64,000 nucleotides of DNA from Woeseia sp. (GTDB lineage: Bacteria > Pseudomonadota > Gammaproteobacteria > Steroidobacterales > Woeseiaceae). The stretch covers positions 486 through 64,485 of the forward strand of contig JBBDSK010000271.1 in the NCBI GenBank assembly GCA_040904985.1, read 5' to 3'. The notes beneath the pieces were generated by a model that searched no databases, was not told where the DNA came from, and saw only the letters and a program-made list of their open reading frames with translations. This document shows positions 47,523 to 57,207 of this stretch, piece after piece (positions within the stretch are counted from its first letter, which is position 1; the number at the start of each line of letters is the position of its first letter). The position numbers and the translations under genes are program-made.

Positions 47523-47720
47523 CGCGCACCCTCGAGCACGGCGCTGCCGACACCGTCCACAGTCGATCGCTTCCTGCATCGATTTTACCTGCCACAGCCA
47601 GTAACCCGCCACCAGTTCCTTCGTTTCCGCAAACGGACCGTCGGTGACGGTGCGGTAGCGCTGCCGCCGGCAGCGCGTACTGTTGGCCGAGGGGCGCTGC
47701 AGCGGATCGAATTCCGCCAC
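47523..47720 (-). pseudogene. Internal fragment of a YCII/DGPF-domain protein, read through into DUF4404
   Basis: The upstream in-frame extension of the DUF4404 ORF reads ...YRTVTDGPFAETKELVAGYWLWQVKSMQEAID.... This is the hallmark DGPFAETKE core of YCII-related proteins. The N-terminal ~50 aa and the C-terminus are missing. Confidence 0.4.
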
Positions 47721-47769
47721 GCTCGGCGTTCATTCGCAGGTTAAGGGCGCCTCTCATGAGGACTGCTCT

Positions 47770-48501
47770 ATGGATCGCTCTCCGAATGGCAGGCAGGTCG
47801 GCCGCGTCGCGGGATTGTGGCGTTACCCGGTCAAATCGATGGGGGGCGAGGCGGTGGCTGAGGTCGACGTGTCCTGGCATGGCTTCGCTGGCGATCGCCG
47901 CTGGGCCTTCATCCGAAACGGCGTGACGCGGAGCGGGTTCCCCTGGCTAACGCTTCGTGAGCGCGAGGACATGAGTCACTACCGCCCGTCGTTTGCCGAC
48001 CCGAATCGCCCCGACAAATCGCCGATGGCCGTGCGGACTCCGTCGGGTGACATCTTCGACGTTGCAGACTCGGCCCTGGCGGCAGAGCTCTGGCCGAGTG
48101 GCGTGCGAGTAATTCGGCAGGATCGCGGCGTCTTCGACACCTTTCCGTTGTCCCTCATAACGACACAGACGATTGCCCGGCTCGGTGAAACACTCGGCGC
48201 CCCGCTCGTCGTGCAGCGATTTCGACCGAACATTTTGGTGGAGGCAGCCGATGAAGTGCCTTTTGCCGAGGACGGCTGGGTGGGCTGCGTCATTCGCATC
48301 GGCGGCATGCGCATGCGCGTCGACAAACGCGACGGCCGCTGCGTCGTCATCACGATCGACCCCGTGACGACGGAGCGCAATCCCGCGATCCTGCGCACGG
48401 TAGCCCGCGATCGCCAGGGCTGCCTCGGCGTATACGGCTCAACCGTGGAACCGGGGCGCGTCGGACTGAACGATCCTGTGCTTATCGAGTCTCCTGCGTG
48501 A
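47770..48501 (+). CDS. MOSC domain-containing protein
   Basis: Trimmed to ATG 47770. Segments: VAGLWRYPVKSMGGEAV (N-terminal beta-barrel), QRFRPNILVE, DGRCVVITIDPVTTERNPAILRTV. Confidence 0.85.
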   Translation: MDRSPNGRQVGRVAGLWRYPVKSMGGEAVAEVDVSWHGFAGDRRWAFIRNGVTRSGFPWLTLREREDMSHYRPSFADPNRPDKSPMAVRTPSGDIFDVADSALAAELWPSGVRVIRQDRGVFDTFPLSLITTQTIARLGETLGAPLVVQRFRPNILVEAADEVPFAEDGWVGCVIRIGGMRMRVDKRDGRCVVITIDPVTTERNPAILRTVARDRQGCLGVYGSTVEPGRVGLNDPVLIESPA

Positions 48502-48593
48502 GCTCTGCTGCTGCTCGAGTCATGGCGACCGGCGCGTTTATTGATGTCTAACGCTTGCGATCATCGTCTGCATTGCGTTTCCAGGCGATCTCT

Positions 48594-49274
48594 TCATTTG
48601 CCGCCAGTCACGTCGATGAAGCTTCCGGTTGTGTAGGATGCATCATCGGAAAGCAGCCAGAGTACCGCGCGCGCCACCTCATCCGGTTGGCCACCGCGTT
48701 TCATGGGCACGTTTATTTTAACGCGGTCCACGCGATTCGGTTCACCGCCACTCGCGTGCATGTCAGTGTAGATATATCCGGGCCGGACACCGTTTACCCG
48801 AATCCCGTCAGCTGCTACCTCCTTGGATAGCCCCATAGTGAAAGTGTCGAGCGCCCCTTTGGAGGCGGCATAATCGACATATTCGTCCGGCGCGCCCAGA
48901 CGCGCAGCAGCTGAAGATACGTTCACTATGGCTCCACCGTTGCCGCCAAACTTCGGCGACATGCGGCGCACCGCCTCTCGCGAACATATAAACGCGCCAA
49001 CAACATTGGTCGCAAGCACGCGGTGTAGCCGTTCAGCGTCAATGTTCTCTACACGGCTCTGCTTTTCTAGGACGCCGGCGTTGTTAACGAGGGCTGTCAA
49101 TCTACCCAGACGCTTGTCGCAGGCTTCAAATAGAGTCATCACTTCCGCTTCTACCGAAATATCGGCAGGGACGGCGATTGCGCAGCCACCAGCGGCTTCG
49201 ATCTCCGAAACTATCTGCTCCGCCGCATCCTGATTGCGGCGATAGTTGACGCATACGGCGTAACCGCGTGTACT
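48594..49274 (-). pseudogene. 5'-truncated short-chain dehydrogenase/reductase (Rossmann glycine motif missing)
   Basis: The frame is open from an upstream TGA (49275-49277): STRGYAVCVNYRRNQDAAEQIVSEIEAAGGCAIAVPADIS...LVNNAG...SSAAARLG..YAASK...GGQPDEVA...TGSFIDVTGGK. The ~28 aa TGxxxGIG N-terminus is absent. The first possible in-frame starts are the GTG-ATG pair at 49145/49142. Confidence 0.7.
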
Positions 49275-49389
49275 TCATATCGATCATTTTAGCCCAGCCT
49301 AACGGCGCAGTCCCGACGAGATTGGTTCTTCACGACATCGGGTGGGGCCATGTCGTCCTCCTACGGCGCGCGAGGCCGCGACGGGGACG

Positions 49390-49680
49390 TCAGGCGATCA
49401 GCGCGTCCTGCTGCGCAAGTCCACCGCACTTCCCGCCCATGCGGGCGAACATGCATTGCATTTCCATCTTCTCGGCCGTGAAGTCGACGAAGGCGCGAAT
49501 TTTCGGTGACAGCACCCGGCCTCCCTGGAACAGCGCGTTCAGTTCCACGTCCGGGCCTTTCCAGGCGGCAAGAACGCGACGGACGTTGGTGACCTTCCTG
49601 CAGTAATTCACCATGACGTCGCTCGCCAGCATCAGTCCCTCGCCCGCTCCCAGCATCGAAAGGCCGCCAGCCGGCGAGCG
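49390..49680 (-). pseudogene. C-terminal fragment of a LysR-family regulator (no HTH)
   Basis: ...LSMLGAGEGLMLASDVMVNYCRKVTNVRRVLAAWKGPDVELNALFQGGRVLSPKIRAFVDFTAEKM. This matches the last ~90 aa of LysR substrate-binding domains. Upstream sequence in the same frame is unrelated. Confidence 0.6.
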
Positions 49681-49732
49681 GCCAGGGTGGTATCGGCCAG
49701 CGGTCCCACCCTTAGCGCCACATCGATGCCGT

Positions 49733-50302
49733 TTTTTAGCAGACCTTTTTCCGCGGTTCACCCTGGCGGGACTGATCGGCACTCAGACTGTGGATACCGA
49801 CATGCTGTTCGAGGGCGGCAGCGAAACCCGGGCGATCGCCCTAGGCATCGACTGGACGTTCCTCGACGTCGGGCGCGTGCGGGCTCGCATTGCCGCCGCA
49901 GATGCCGATGCCGCCGCGAATCTCGCAAATTACGAACAGACCGTCTTGCTGGCCCTCGAGGAAACGGAAAACGCATTGGTGCGCTACTCGCGCCTGCAAC
50001 GAGAGCGCCGCCATCTCCAGGCCGCGGCTGCAGCAGGCAACGAAGCCGCCCGGCTCGCCCGGCTGCGCTTCGACGGCGGGGTCGCCGATTTCCTGCAGGT
50101 ACTGGACGCGGAACGCTCGCAACTGGCGACGGAAGACCGCCTGGTCGAGACCGAGACGCGCTCGGCCGTGGCCCTCGTCGGCCTGTATCGGGCGATGGCG
50201 GGTGGCTGGGCCGTCATTCCGCCGGGAGGCCGATACGGCGCACCGGCGTTCGGCCGACGCGGCGGCTTGCCGCTAATGCAGTATCATTTGCGGCATGAAT
50301 AA
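49733..50302 (+). pseudogene. C-terminal ~170-aa fragment of a NodT/OprM-type efflux outer-membrane factor
   Basis: ADLFPRFTLAGLIG...LGIDWTFLDVGRVRARIAAADADAAANLANYEQTVLLALEETENAL...RLRFDGGVADFLQVLDAERS...VALVGLYRAMAGGW. There is no lipobox and no N-terminal half. Confidence 0.7.
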
Positions 50303-51173
50303 GAGCAGGACGACGCCTGCGTCTCTCGCCCCGGTCTTGTGCCGCCATTTTCGGTGGTGCTGTCTTTTGGCTGGCGCCATGGTACTCGTTGCCTGTGACG
50401 CACTGCGGCCGGTTGAAATTCCGATCCCGACCCGGTTCCACGACGGCGGGATTGGCCAGACCAAAGAACTGGTCATCTTCCTGCCAGGTCTGGGGGACGG
50501 CATAGAAGCATTCGAACGCGCAGGCTTCATCGACCAGCTTCGACGATCCAGACGGCCGCTTGACTCCGTTTCCGTCGATGCCCACTTCGGATACTACATT
50601 AACGGCTCGATCAGCAGGCGTGTCTATGAAGACGTCCTGCTGCCCTACGGCGACTGTGGCTACTCGCGTTTCATCCTCGTCGGCACCTCGCTAGGTGGCT
50701 TGGGAGCAATCGGCCTGAACCACGACTATAGTGACCGGATTGCCGGCATGGTGCTGCTCGCACCCTTTCTCGGCGACGGTTCACTAATCCAGGAAATCGA
50801 GCAGGCGGGCGGCGTGCGGAACTGGAAGCAACAGCTCGACTACGACCCCGAAAGGGAGGGGAAAGCCTGGCTCTGGCTCGAAGACATGGTCGACGCCGAT
50901 ACCGGTACTATTCCCGCCGCCATAATAGCCTATGGGGCAAAAGACAAGTTCGAGCCAGCCGGTGCCCTGCTCGCCCGGTCAATTCCGCCAAACATGGTTT
51001 TCCTTAACAATGGCAGCCACGACTGGAAGACTTGGGCCGCGCTGTGGACGAGCATTCTCGAAAGCGACGGCTGGGAACGGTTCGGCGAGACCGTTAGAGA
51101 TGAGATAGGATCGTCGTCAATAGAGCCCAATCCCGACACACTTACACCACTAACAAAGAGGTGCAAAAGATGA
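50295..51173 (+). CDS. Alpha/beta-hydrolase-fold lipoprotein
   Basis: Lipobox-like CCLLAGAMVLVAC. Segments: VIFLPGLGDG, the nucleophile elbow ILVGTSLGGLGA, LLAPFLGD, NNGSHDW. Confidence 0.65.
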   Translation: MNKSRTTPASLAPVLCRHFRWCCLLAGAMVLVACDALRPVEIPIPTRFHDGGIGQTKELVIFLPGLGDGIEAFERAGFIDQLRRSRRPLDSVSVDAHFGYYINGSISRRVYEDVLLPYGDCGYSRFILVGTSLGGLGAIGLNHDYSDRIAGMVLLAPFLGDGSLIQEIEQAGGVRNWKQQLDYDPEREGKAWLWLEDMVDADTGTIPAAIIAYGAKDKFEPAGALLARSIPPNMVFLNNGSHDWKTWAALWTSILESDGWERFGETVRDEIGSSSIEPNPDTLTPLTKRCKR

Positions 51174-51607
51174 ACCGAAACCTCGTCCTTATTTGTTTAC
51201 TTTTCTTGACGCTGATTGCCGCCGATGCATCGGCACGCGACACTGTCAAGCAGTGGCGCATCGCGGATGTCCTGACGAATCAAGCGTACGCCGAGCGCCT
51301 GCAAGGAGTGTCCTTTTTCTTCGGTGAGCAAGTGTACCCGGCCGTTGTCGAAAGCCTCGGCGAGTATCGCACCAACAAGAAAACCAATGGCTTCAACAAG
51401 ACCGACGAGGAGGCTTGTCAGTGGGTGATGCTATCAGCGCTCCTGGCGCTGCACGAGCGAGCGCAAGCCGTCGGCGCCAATGCTGTGGTGAACATACGTT
51501 CGAACTACAAGAACAACGAAGTCAGCAGCGAGACAGAATACACCTGCGGCTCTGGTGCACTAATGTCGGGCGTGGCACTTATCGGCACCTTCGTGAGGGT
51601 TGAATAG
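51170..51607 (+). CDS. Small secreted protein with YbjQ/UPF0145-like C-terminal region
   Basis: ATG 51170 overlaps the upstream TGA (ATGA), with AAGAGG upstream. Signal peptide: MNRNLVLICLLFLTLIAADASA. Also VGANAVVNIRSNY...GVALIGTFVRV. The family call is tentative. Confidence 0.5.
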   Translation: MNRNLVLICLLFLTLIAADASARDTVKQWRIADVLTNQAYAERLQGVSFFFGEQVYPAVVESLGEYRTNKKTNGFNKTDEEACQWVMLSALLALHERAQAVGANAVVNIRSNYKNNEVSSETEYTCGSGALMSGVALIGTFVRVE

Positions 51608-51667
51608 CGACAAGTGCAGGCATGGGGCAGGGTCGCCTGTCGTCAGATTCCTTTAGAAATCGATGCG

Positions 51668-52894
51668 TCAAATGTGGCGGCGAAAAATCAGTGAAGTATT
51701 GATGCCGCCGAAGGCAAAGTTGTTGTTCATCACGTGTTCGACGTCGAGATCGCGGCCACTGCCGACGATGTAATCCATCGGCGCGCATGCTGGGTCCACG
51801 TTTTCCAGGTTAATCGTCGGCGCAAACCAGCCATTGTTCATCATCTGGATAGCAAGCCACGATTCAAGCGCACCACAGGCGCCCAGCGTGTGCCCGGTGT
51901 AGCTCTTGATCGAACTGATAGGCACATTGTTACCGAAGACATTGAAGGTGGCCGCCGTCTCCGCGATATCACCGCGATCAGTCGCCGTACCGTGCGCACT
52001 CACGTAGCCTATCGCCTGCGGGGCGAGACCCGCGCTTTCGAGCGCCAGCTCTATCACGCGCTGCATCGTTTCGGACGACGGCTGCGTGACATGCGCACCG
52101 TCCGAGTTGGAATCGAAGCCTACGATCTCGGCATAGATTGTTGCGCCCCGCGCGATAGCGTGGTCGCGGCGTTCAACAATCATAGTGCAGGCTCCTTCGC
52201 CAATTACTAGACCGTCCCGATCCCGGTCGAACGGACGCGGCGTCGCTTCCGGATTGTTGTTCCGCGTGCTGGTGGCGTACAGCGTATCAAATACCGCAGC
52301 CTGCGTAGGGCACAGTTCCTCCCCGCCCCCGGCAAGCATGATGTCCTGCAATCCACTACGGATTGCCTCATAGGCGTAGCCGATTCCCTGGCTGCCCGAC
52401 GTGCATGCGCTGGACGTGGTGATAACGCGGCCCTTCAGGCCGAAAAAGACGCCAACGTTCACGGGCGCCGTGTGCCCCATCATCCTTATGTAGGTCGTCG
52501 CGGTAATGCCGTCGAGGCTCCTGCTTAACAGCATGTTCGCAAAGTCCCTAGTGGCATCGGTGCTGCCCGATGATGAACCGTAGGCAACTCCCACGCGCCC
52601 TGACTGCAGAACTGGGTCGTTCAACAATCCCGAGTCGCGGAGTGCCATTTCGCTGGCCGCGGTCGCCATCAGAGCCACGCGCCCCATGCTCCGCGTTTTC
52701 TTGCGTGTAAAGCTTTGCGGCGGGGTAAAGTCCGGCACCGGCGCCCCAAGACGCGTGTTCAGCCCCTCGTATACCCCCCAGGACTCCATGTGACGGATGC
52801 CGTTCTTCAGGCTGCGCAGGCGGCCTTCTGCCTCCTCCCAGCTGCTGCCGATGGGCGAGAACGCGCCGACGCCCGTGATCACCACGCGGTGCAT
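51668..52894 (-). CDS. Beta-ketoacyl-ACP synthase (FabF/FabB-like; ApeR-like by position)
   Basis: MHRVVITGVG. Active-site Cys in TTSSACTSGS. His residues in SAHGTATDRGD and YTGHTLGACG. The ATG shares one base with the TGA stop of the upstream KR. Confidence 0.9.
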   Translation of the reverse strand: MHRVVITGVGAFSPIGSSWEEAEGRLRSLKNGIRHMESWGVYEGLNTRLGAPVPDFTPPQSFTRKKTRSMGRVALMATAASEMALRDSGLLNDPVLQSGRVGVAYGSSSGSTDATRDFANMLLSRSLDGITATTYIRMMGHTAPVNVGVFFGLKGRVITTSSACTSGSQGIGYAYEAIRSGLQDIMLAGGGEELCPTQAAVFDTLYATSTRNNNPEATPRPFDRDRDGLVIGEGACTMIVERRDHAIARGATIYAEIVGFDSNSDGAHVTQPSSETMQRVIELALESAGLAPQAIGYVSAHGTATDRGDIAETAATFNVFGNNVPISSIKSYTGHTLGACGALESWLAIQMMNNGWFAPTINLENVDPACAPMDYIVGSGRDLDVEHVMNNNFAFGGINTSLIFRRHI

Positions 52895-53628
52895 CAACAA
52901 AGCCCGCCGTTGATCGATATCACTTGGCGCGTGATGTAACCGGCTTCCGGCGAACAGAGGAAGGCAACCAGTGCCGCCACCTCCTCCGGACGTCCGATCC
53001 GATTAGTGGGAATAGATTCGAGCATCTTTTGTACAGGCAGTTTTTCCGTCATATCCGACTGGATCAGCCCGGGCGCAACACAGTTCACCGTAATCTGCCG
53101 CTTGCCCAGTTCGATTGCGAGAGCTTTAGTGGCACCGATAATCCCTGCCTTGGAGGCGCTGTAGTTAACCTGACCACGGTTGCCCATGATGCCGGAGACG
53201 GAGGAGATGGTAACAATGCGACCCGGCTTCCGCCGCCGCACCATCGGCATGACGATCGGCTGAAGCACATTATAGAGGCCGTTGAGATTCACATCGATGA
53301 CGCGTTGCCAGTCTTCACGCCCGAGCATTGGGAACGAGCCGTCACGCGTAATGCCGGCGTTGCAGACGACACCGTAGTAGGTACCGTGTCGCGCGATGTC
53401 CGTTTCGATCGCTGCCAGCGTCTCATCCGGCATTGTTACGTCGAATCGCAGTAGGCGACAGCTGCCTGAAGCAGAGCGGATTGCGTCTGCAGTGCGGTCG
53501 GCACCGTTACGGTTGCCGGAATAGTGCACGACAGCCTCGTAGCCGTCGCCTGCCAATTTCACAGCAATGGCCCGGCCGATACCGCCACTTGCACCAGTCA
53601 CAAGAATGCTCTCTTGCGGTTCACCCAC
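52894..53628 (-). CDS. 3-oxoacyl-ACP reductase (FabG-like SDR; ApeQ-like)
   Basis: Trimmed to GTG 53628 (VGEPQESILVTGASGGIGRAIA). Motifs: NAG and SSVSG...YSASK. 244 aa. It overlaps the upstream dehydratase by 8 nt. Confidence 0.9.
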   Translation of the reverse strand: MGEPQESILVTGASGGIGRAIAVKLAGDGYEAVVHYSGNRNGADRTADAIRSASGSCRLLRFDVTMPDETLAAIETDIARHGTYYGVVCNAGITRDGSFPMLGREDWQRVIDVNLNGLYNVLQPIVMPMVRRRKPGRIVTISSVSGIMGNRGQVNYSASKAGIIGATKALAIELGKRQITVNCVAPGLIQSDMTEKLPVQKMLESIPTNRIGRPEEVAALVAFLCSPEAGYITRQVISINGGLC

Positions 53629-54103
53629 TTCCTGCCTGCCCCTTTTCTTTTTGCAGTACAGCCAGTCGACCTTCGGCAACAATCTCGTCGCCGAGCAGGA
53701 TGCTGCACTCGTAGGACCCCATGCCGTTGTCGTCGCTGACAAGTTCGCGGCAGGTCACACGATGCGTGAGACCAAGCTCGAAGTATTCAACAGCCGCCCG
53801 GTAATGACGGGTGCCGAGCAGAAATCCGAGGGGCGGGCCGAAGTTCCGCGCACGGGCGCGCACACCTGCGTGAACTGCCACGCATTGTGCCATGTATTCG
53901 ACACCGATGTAGGCGGGCACGCCGCGCCCCGGCGAGAGGAATGCGTCGGTCTCGCCAACGCGCCACTCACACACCGTCACCTCCGAGCCCGACTCCACCA
54001 ATCGCCCCAGCAGGAGCATTGGCGCGCGGTGCAGCACGAAAAACGAGGCGTGCATTCCGGCGTACGCCCGCAGCTCTTCTGGCAGGGCTTGGTCCGCCAT
54101 CAT
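53621..54103 (-). CDS. Hotdog-fold 3-hydroxyacyl-ACP dehydratase (ApeP-like)
   Basis: 160 aa: PAYIGVEYMAQCVAVHAG...LGFLLGTRHY. ATGA overlap with the upstream thioesterase. Confidence 0.7.
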   Translation of the reverse strand: MMADQALPEELRAYAGMHASFFVLHRAPMLLLGRLVESGSEVTVCEWRVGETDAFLSPGRGVPAYIGVEYMAQCVAVHAGVRARARNFGPPLGFLLGTRHYRAAVEYFELGLTHRVTCRELVSDDNGMGSYECSILLGDEIVAEGRLAVLQKEKGQAGSG

Positions 54104-54555
54104 GTGTCTCGCCGCCTGAGCAAATCGAGGCGCTTCTGGACGTTGTCGATCAGTACCTGCGGCGAGCCGATCGAGAGAACCTTTGTTACTGCGTCGACGG
54201 GTACCTGCACGGTACGCGCCTTGGTGTACAGCAAACCAACCTCATCCTCGATTTTGTAGTTCACGACCAGACGCATCTCCCATTCTCGTAGGCAGGCCGT
54301 GACAGTGAACGTTTGTTCCAACAACAACGGGCGCAGGTAGCGCACTGACGTATCCACGACCGGCCACAGGTAGCCGGATGCGGTCATGGCCCTGTAGCTG
54401 TAATCGATGTCGTTCAGCAAGGTACAGCGCGCGGCTTCGAAGTACTTGAAATAGCGGCCGTGCCAGGCGACGCCTGCCGGGTCGATATCGTGAAACGGAA
54501 CCTGAAACATCTCTGCGGCCGTGAGGCGGTCCGCAAAGTCACTTTCTATTTTCAA
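54100..54555 (-). CDS. 4HBT/YbgC-type acyl thioesterase (ApeK-like)
   Basis: FQVPFHDIDPAGVAWHGRYFKYFEAARCTLL. The TTG start overlaps the upstream TGA (TTGA). An internal ATG 45 nt downstream is an alternative start. Confidence 0.75.
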   Translation of the reverse strand: MKIESDFADRLTAAEMFQVPFHDIDPAGVAWHGRYFKYFEAARCTLLNDIDYSYRAMTASGYLWPVVDTSVRYLRPLLLEQTFTVTACLREWEMRLVVNYKIEDEVGLLYTKARTVQVPVDAVTKVLSIGSPQVLIDNVQKRLDLLRRRDT

Positions 54556-55511
54556 CTTCCGGCCTCGACGGTTGCTCGCCCCGAACGTTCCTCAACATGC
54601 CAGAAATCGAAAAAATTGAACCACTGCAGCGGCGCACGAGCAACCTGCCGTTCCAGAGCAGTAGCAAATTTTTGTGCATTCTTTTCTAGGGCCAGTTGTC
54701 GGTTTTCCCGCGGCAGTTCGACTTCTTCGTTGAAAAACTCCATCACGAGACGATAGCGACCCGTGTCGCGAAAGCAGTGTAGCAGGTACACCGGGCACTG
54801 CAGAAGGCTTGCCAGCACATATGGCCCGACGGGGAATTTTGCTATTTCGCCAAAGAACTCAGCATGGCAGACGCGTTCGCCCCGACTGACCGGTACACGA
54901 TCGCCGGCGATCACTACCCACTCCCCGTCACGCACTTTCTCCTTCAAGCGTAACGCCAGAGCGAAATCAACTTCCGTCACCTGTATCAAATTCACACGCG
55001 ATTCGGGCGCCGAGCGCTCAAGCAATGCTGCGAACTTTTGCGCGTGCTCATCGTACATCAGCACGTTGATGATGAGCGTGGGATGACGATGGGCAATGCC
55101 GCGCGAATATTCGAGGTTTCCAAAGTGCGAGCCGATCAGAAGGCAGCCCCTGCCTGAGGCTACGGCGTCAAACAGCATTTTCTCCTGGTCAGGATCCATC
55201 GCTATGCCGGATGGCGCCTGCACCCAGGCGAGATACTTGTCCAACAGCGACTGACCGAAAGTGACGAACTGGCGAAAGGACATCCACATGGTCGGGCGCC
55301 TGCCAAGCGCCTCAGGGTAGCATCGCCGCACCCGCACGAGGTATTCCCTCGATGCCCGCCGCGCCTCGCCGCGTCGAACGAAGAAGTACGCCATCACCGG
55401 CAGCAGGGCCAGGCTGAACGCGGCGCGCCCGACGTGATTGTGGATCCAGACAAGAATGCGCATGCCGAATAACTGCCCTGCTTCCCGGTGTTGTGCCCAG
55501 TGTCGGCTCAT
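54552..55511 (-). CDS. LpxL/HtrB-family lipid acyltransferase
   Basis: 319 aa with an N-terminal TM. Segments: LLIGSHFGNLEYS (HX4E-type motif) and VIAGDRVP. ATGA overlap with the upstream glycosyltransferase. Confidence 0.7.
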   Translation of the reverse strand: MSRHWAQHREAGQLFGMRILVWIHNHVGRAAFSLALLPVMAYFFVRRGEARRASREYLVRVRRCYPEALGRRPTMWMSFRQFVTFGQSLLDKYLAWVQAPSGIAMDPDQEKMLFDAVASGRGCLLIGSHFGNLEYSRGIAHRHPTLIINVLMYDEHAQKFAALLERSAPESRVNLIQVTEVDFALALRLKEKVRDGEWVVIAGDRVPVSRGERVCHAEFFGEIAKFPVGPYVLASLLQCPVYLLHCFRDTGRYRLVMEFFNEEVELPRENRQLALEKNAQKFATALERQVARAPLQWFNFFDFWHVEERSGRATVEAGS

Positions 55512-56266
55512 GGCTTCGCGCGTCTGCCGTGCCGCCCGTCAGAGGAAGCGAGCAAATGCGGAATGCGCGCAATCATGCCGACCAGCAGCCGCGTATGCAT
55601 CCAGGCGATTTCCAGGTTGTCCCCGAGGTAGCGAAAGTGCGATCTAGCCCCCTCCGGGTACCGCACGTGAACCGTGACGAACTCGAGGGGGACGCCGCCC
55701 CACACCGCCCGAACCAGAATCTCGGGGTCAAACGCCATTCGCGTCGGCAGACGGTTCCGCGCCAGCAACGCCATCACCGGACGCAGCGGATAGACGCGCA
55801 GGCCACACATCGCGTCGCGGATCGTACGGCTAAGGGTTTCAAGCCAGATCAGGTACAGGGTGATGTAACGGCCATAATAGCGAAGCGTGGAAATGTCCTT
55901 GCCGAACGCGGGCTCGCCGCAGATCAGGCTGCCCGGGCTGGCTGCCGCTGCCGCGCAGAGCTCCGGGATGTCCCGAGGATCGTGCTGCCCGTCCGCGTCG
56001 ATCTGCACCGCGTGCGAAAAACCGGCTTCGTGCGCGGCGCGAAGGCCGCTCGCCACCGCGCCGCCTTTTCCCAGGTTTTCAGGGTGCCGGATCAGTGTTG
56101 CATCGTGGCCGCCCTCATCGAGGAGGCGCTCGAGGGCTAGGAAGGCGGCGGTCGGGCTAGCATCATCGACTACGACAAGATGATGTCCAAGCGCGGCAAG
56201 CTTCGGCAAAAGGCTTCGAAACTCTTCGAGATGATCGAAATGAGGAACGATCACGCAGGTCTTCAC
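55508..56266 (-). CDS. Family 2 glycosyltransferase
   Basis: Trimmed to GTG 56266 (GTGA overlap with the upstream stop). Segments: CVIVPHFDH, VVVDDAS, QIDADGQHD. Confidence 0.8.
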   Translation of the reverse strand: MKTCVIVPHFDHLEEFRSLLPKLAALGHHLVVVDDASPTAAFLALERLLDEGGHDATLIRHPENLGKGGAVASGLRAAHEAGFSHAVQIDADGQHDPRDIPELCAAAAASPGSLICGEPAFGKDISTLRYYGRYITLYLIWLETLSRTIRDAMCGLRVYPLRPVMALLARNRLPTRMAFDPEILVRAVWGGVPLEFVTVHVRYPEGARSHFRYLGDNLEIAWMHTRLLVGMIARIPHLLASSDGRHGRRAKP

Positions 56267-56640
56267 GGCAGCATTCCGGGGAAGATCAGCCGTCCTTCGG
56301 AGCACGTCCCACCCGCGCCGATGTATGTAAACGTAACGTCAATCTCCGTCACGCGCACGAGTGACAGTTCGAGGATCGCAGGCGGCACAACCACGTTTTT
56401 AAATTTCAGCCGTTTGATCTGCACCGGTACTCGCTTGAGCCCGAAGCAGGTTCCTGAGAAAACAACGGCCCAGTGCACCTGCACGATACCGGCCAGCACC
56501 GGCCTGCCCGGGAAATGACCGACAAAACATTCAAGATCGGGGTCGATCGCCAGCTGATACGTACTTTGCGATGCACCGCTGCCGAACGAAAGAATACGGG
56601 GCAGGCCCGCTGGTACGTCCGTCTCGGCATAGCCCTTCAC
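56263..56640 (-). CDS. Hotdog-fold dehydratase (FabA/FabZ-like; ApeI-like)
   Basis: 125 aa: CFVGHFPGRPVLAGIVQVHW. Confidence 0.7.
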   Translation of the reverse strand: MKGYAETDVPAGLPRILSFGSGASQSTYQLAIDPDLECFVGHFPGRPVLAGIVQVHWAVVFSGTCFGLKRVPVQIKRLKFKNVVVPPAILELSLVRVTEIDVTFTYIGAGGTCSEGRLIFPGMLP

Positions 56641-56646
56641 GATCGG

Positions 56647-57207
56647 TCAGACACCCATGCGCCGCTTGTAGTAACCACGGAACACGTACTCTCCTCCCAC
56701 CAGTGCCGCAATGAGCGCATACGAAATCAGCCCGTTGTACAGAGTCCAGACTTCAATTGACAGAGCAACGGTCCACATCGAAACTAAGCCGTTCACGGCG
56801 AAGAAGCCAGCCCATACCATGGTCAGGCGGTATAGATAGGCAGGGCCATATCTGCTGATGGTCACGCCGCGCGCGCGCACTATGCGCAGCAGTAGCGGTT
56901 CGCCCCGGCGCAGGGAGGCGGCGAAAATCACCAGCAGGGAGAAATTCACGAGCGCGGGGTAGTACAGAAGCATCTCGGTGCTTCGCACGAGGGTCGCGGC
57001 GATGGCATAAACGAAGAACAACAGCAGTAGCGGCAGCAGCATTTGACGTTCCTTCGGCAGCAGCACGCCATAACGCATTGTTAGTAGCATCAAAAGCATT
57101 AGTCCGAGAAAACTCGGAGGCAGGACCTGAATGCCAAAGAAGATGATGAACGGATACGTGGCGACGGCCAGGATAAAAACAATCCGAATTGCCCTGGAAA
57201 GCTTCAC
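56647..57207 (-). CDS. Polytopic membrane protein of the aryl-polyene-type cluster (ApeG-like by position)
   Basis: 186 aa with about 5 TM spans. The GTG start overlaps the ACP stop (GTGA). Confidence 0.7.
   Translation of the reverse strand: MKLSRAIRIVFILAVATYPFIIFFGIQVLPPSFLGLMLLMLLTMRYGVLLPKERQMLLPLLLLFFVYAIAATLVRSTEMLLYYPALVNFSLLVIFAASLRRGEPLLLRIVRARGVTISRYGPAYLYRLTMVWAGFFAVNGLVSMWTVALSIEVWTLYNGLISYALIAALVGGEYVFRGYYKRRMGV

Noticed and set aside
51608-51667. Possible hairpin (CAGGC...GCCTG) between the convergent YbjQ-like gene and the KS.
   Set aside because: It has only a 5-bp stem with a 13-nt loop, which is not convincing.
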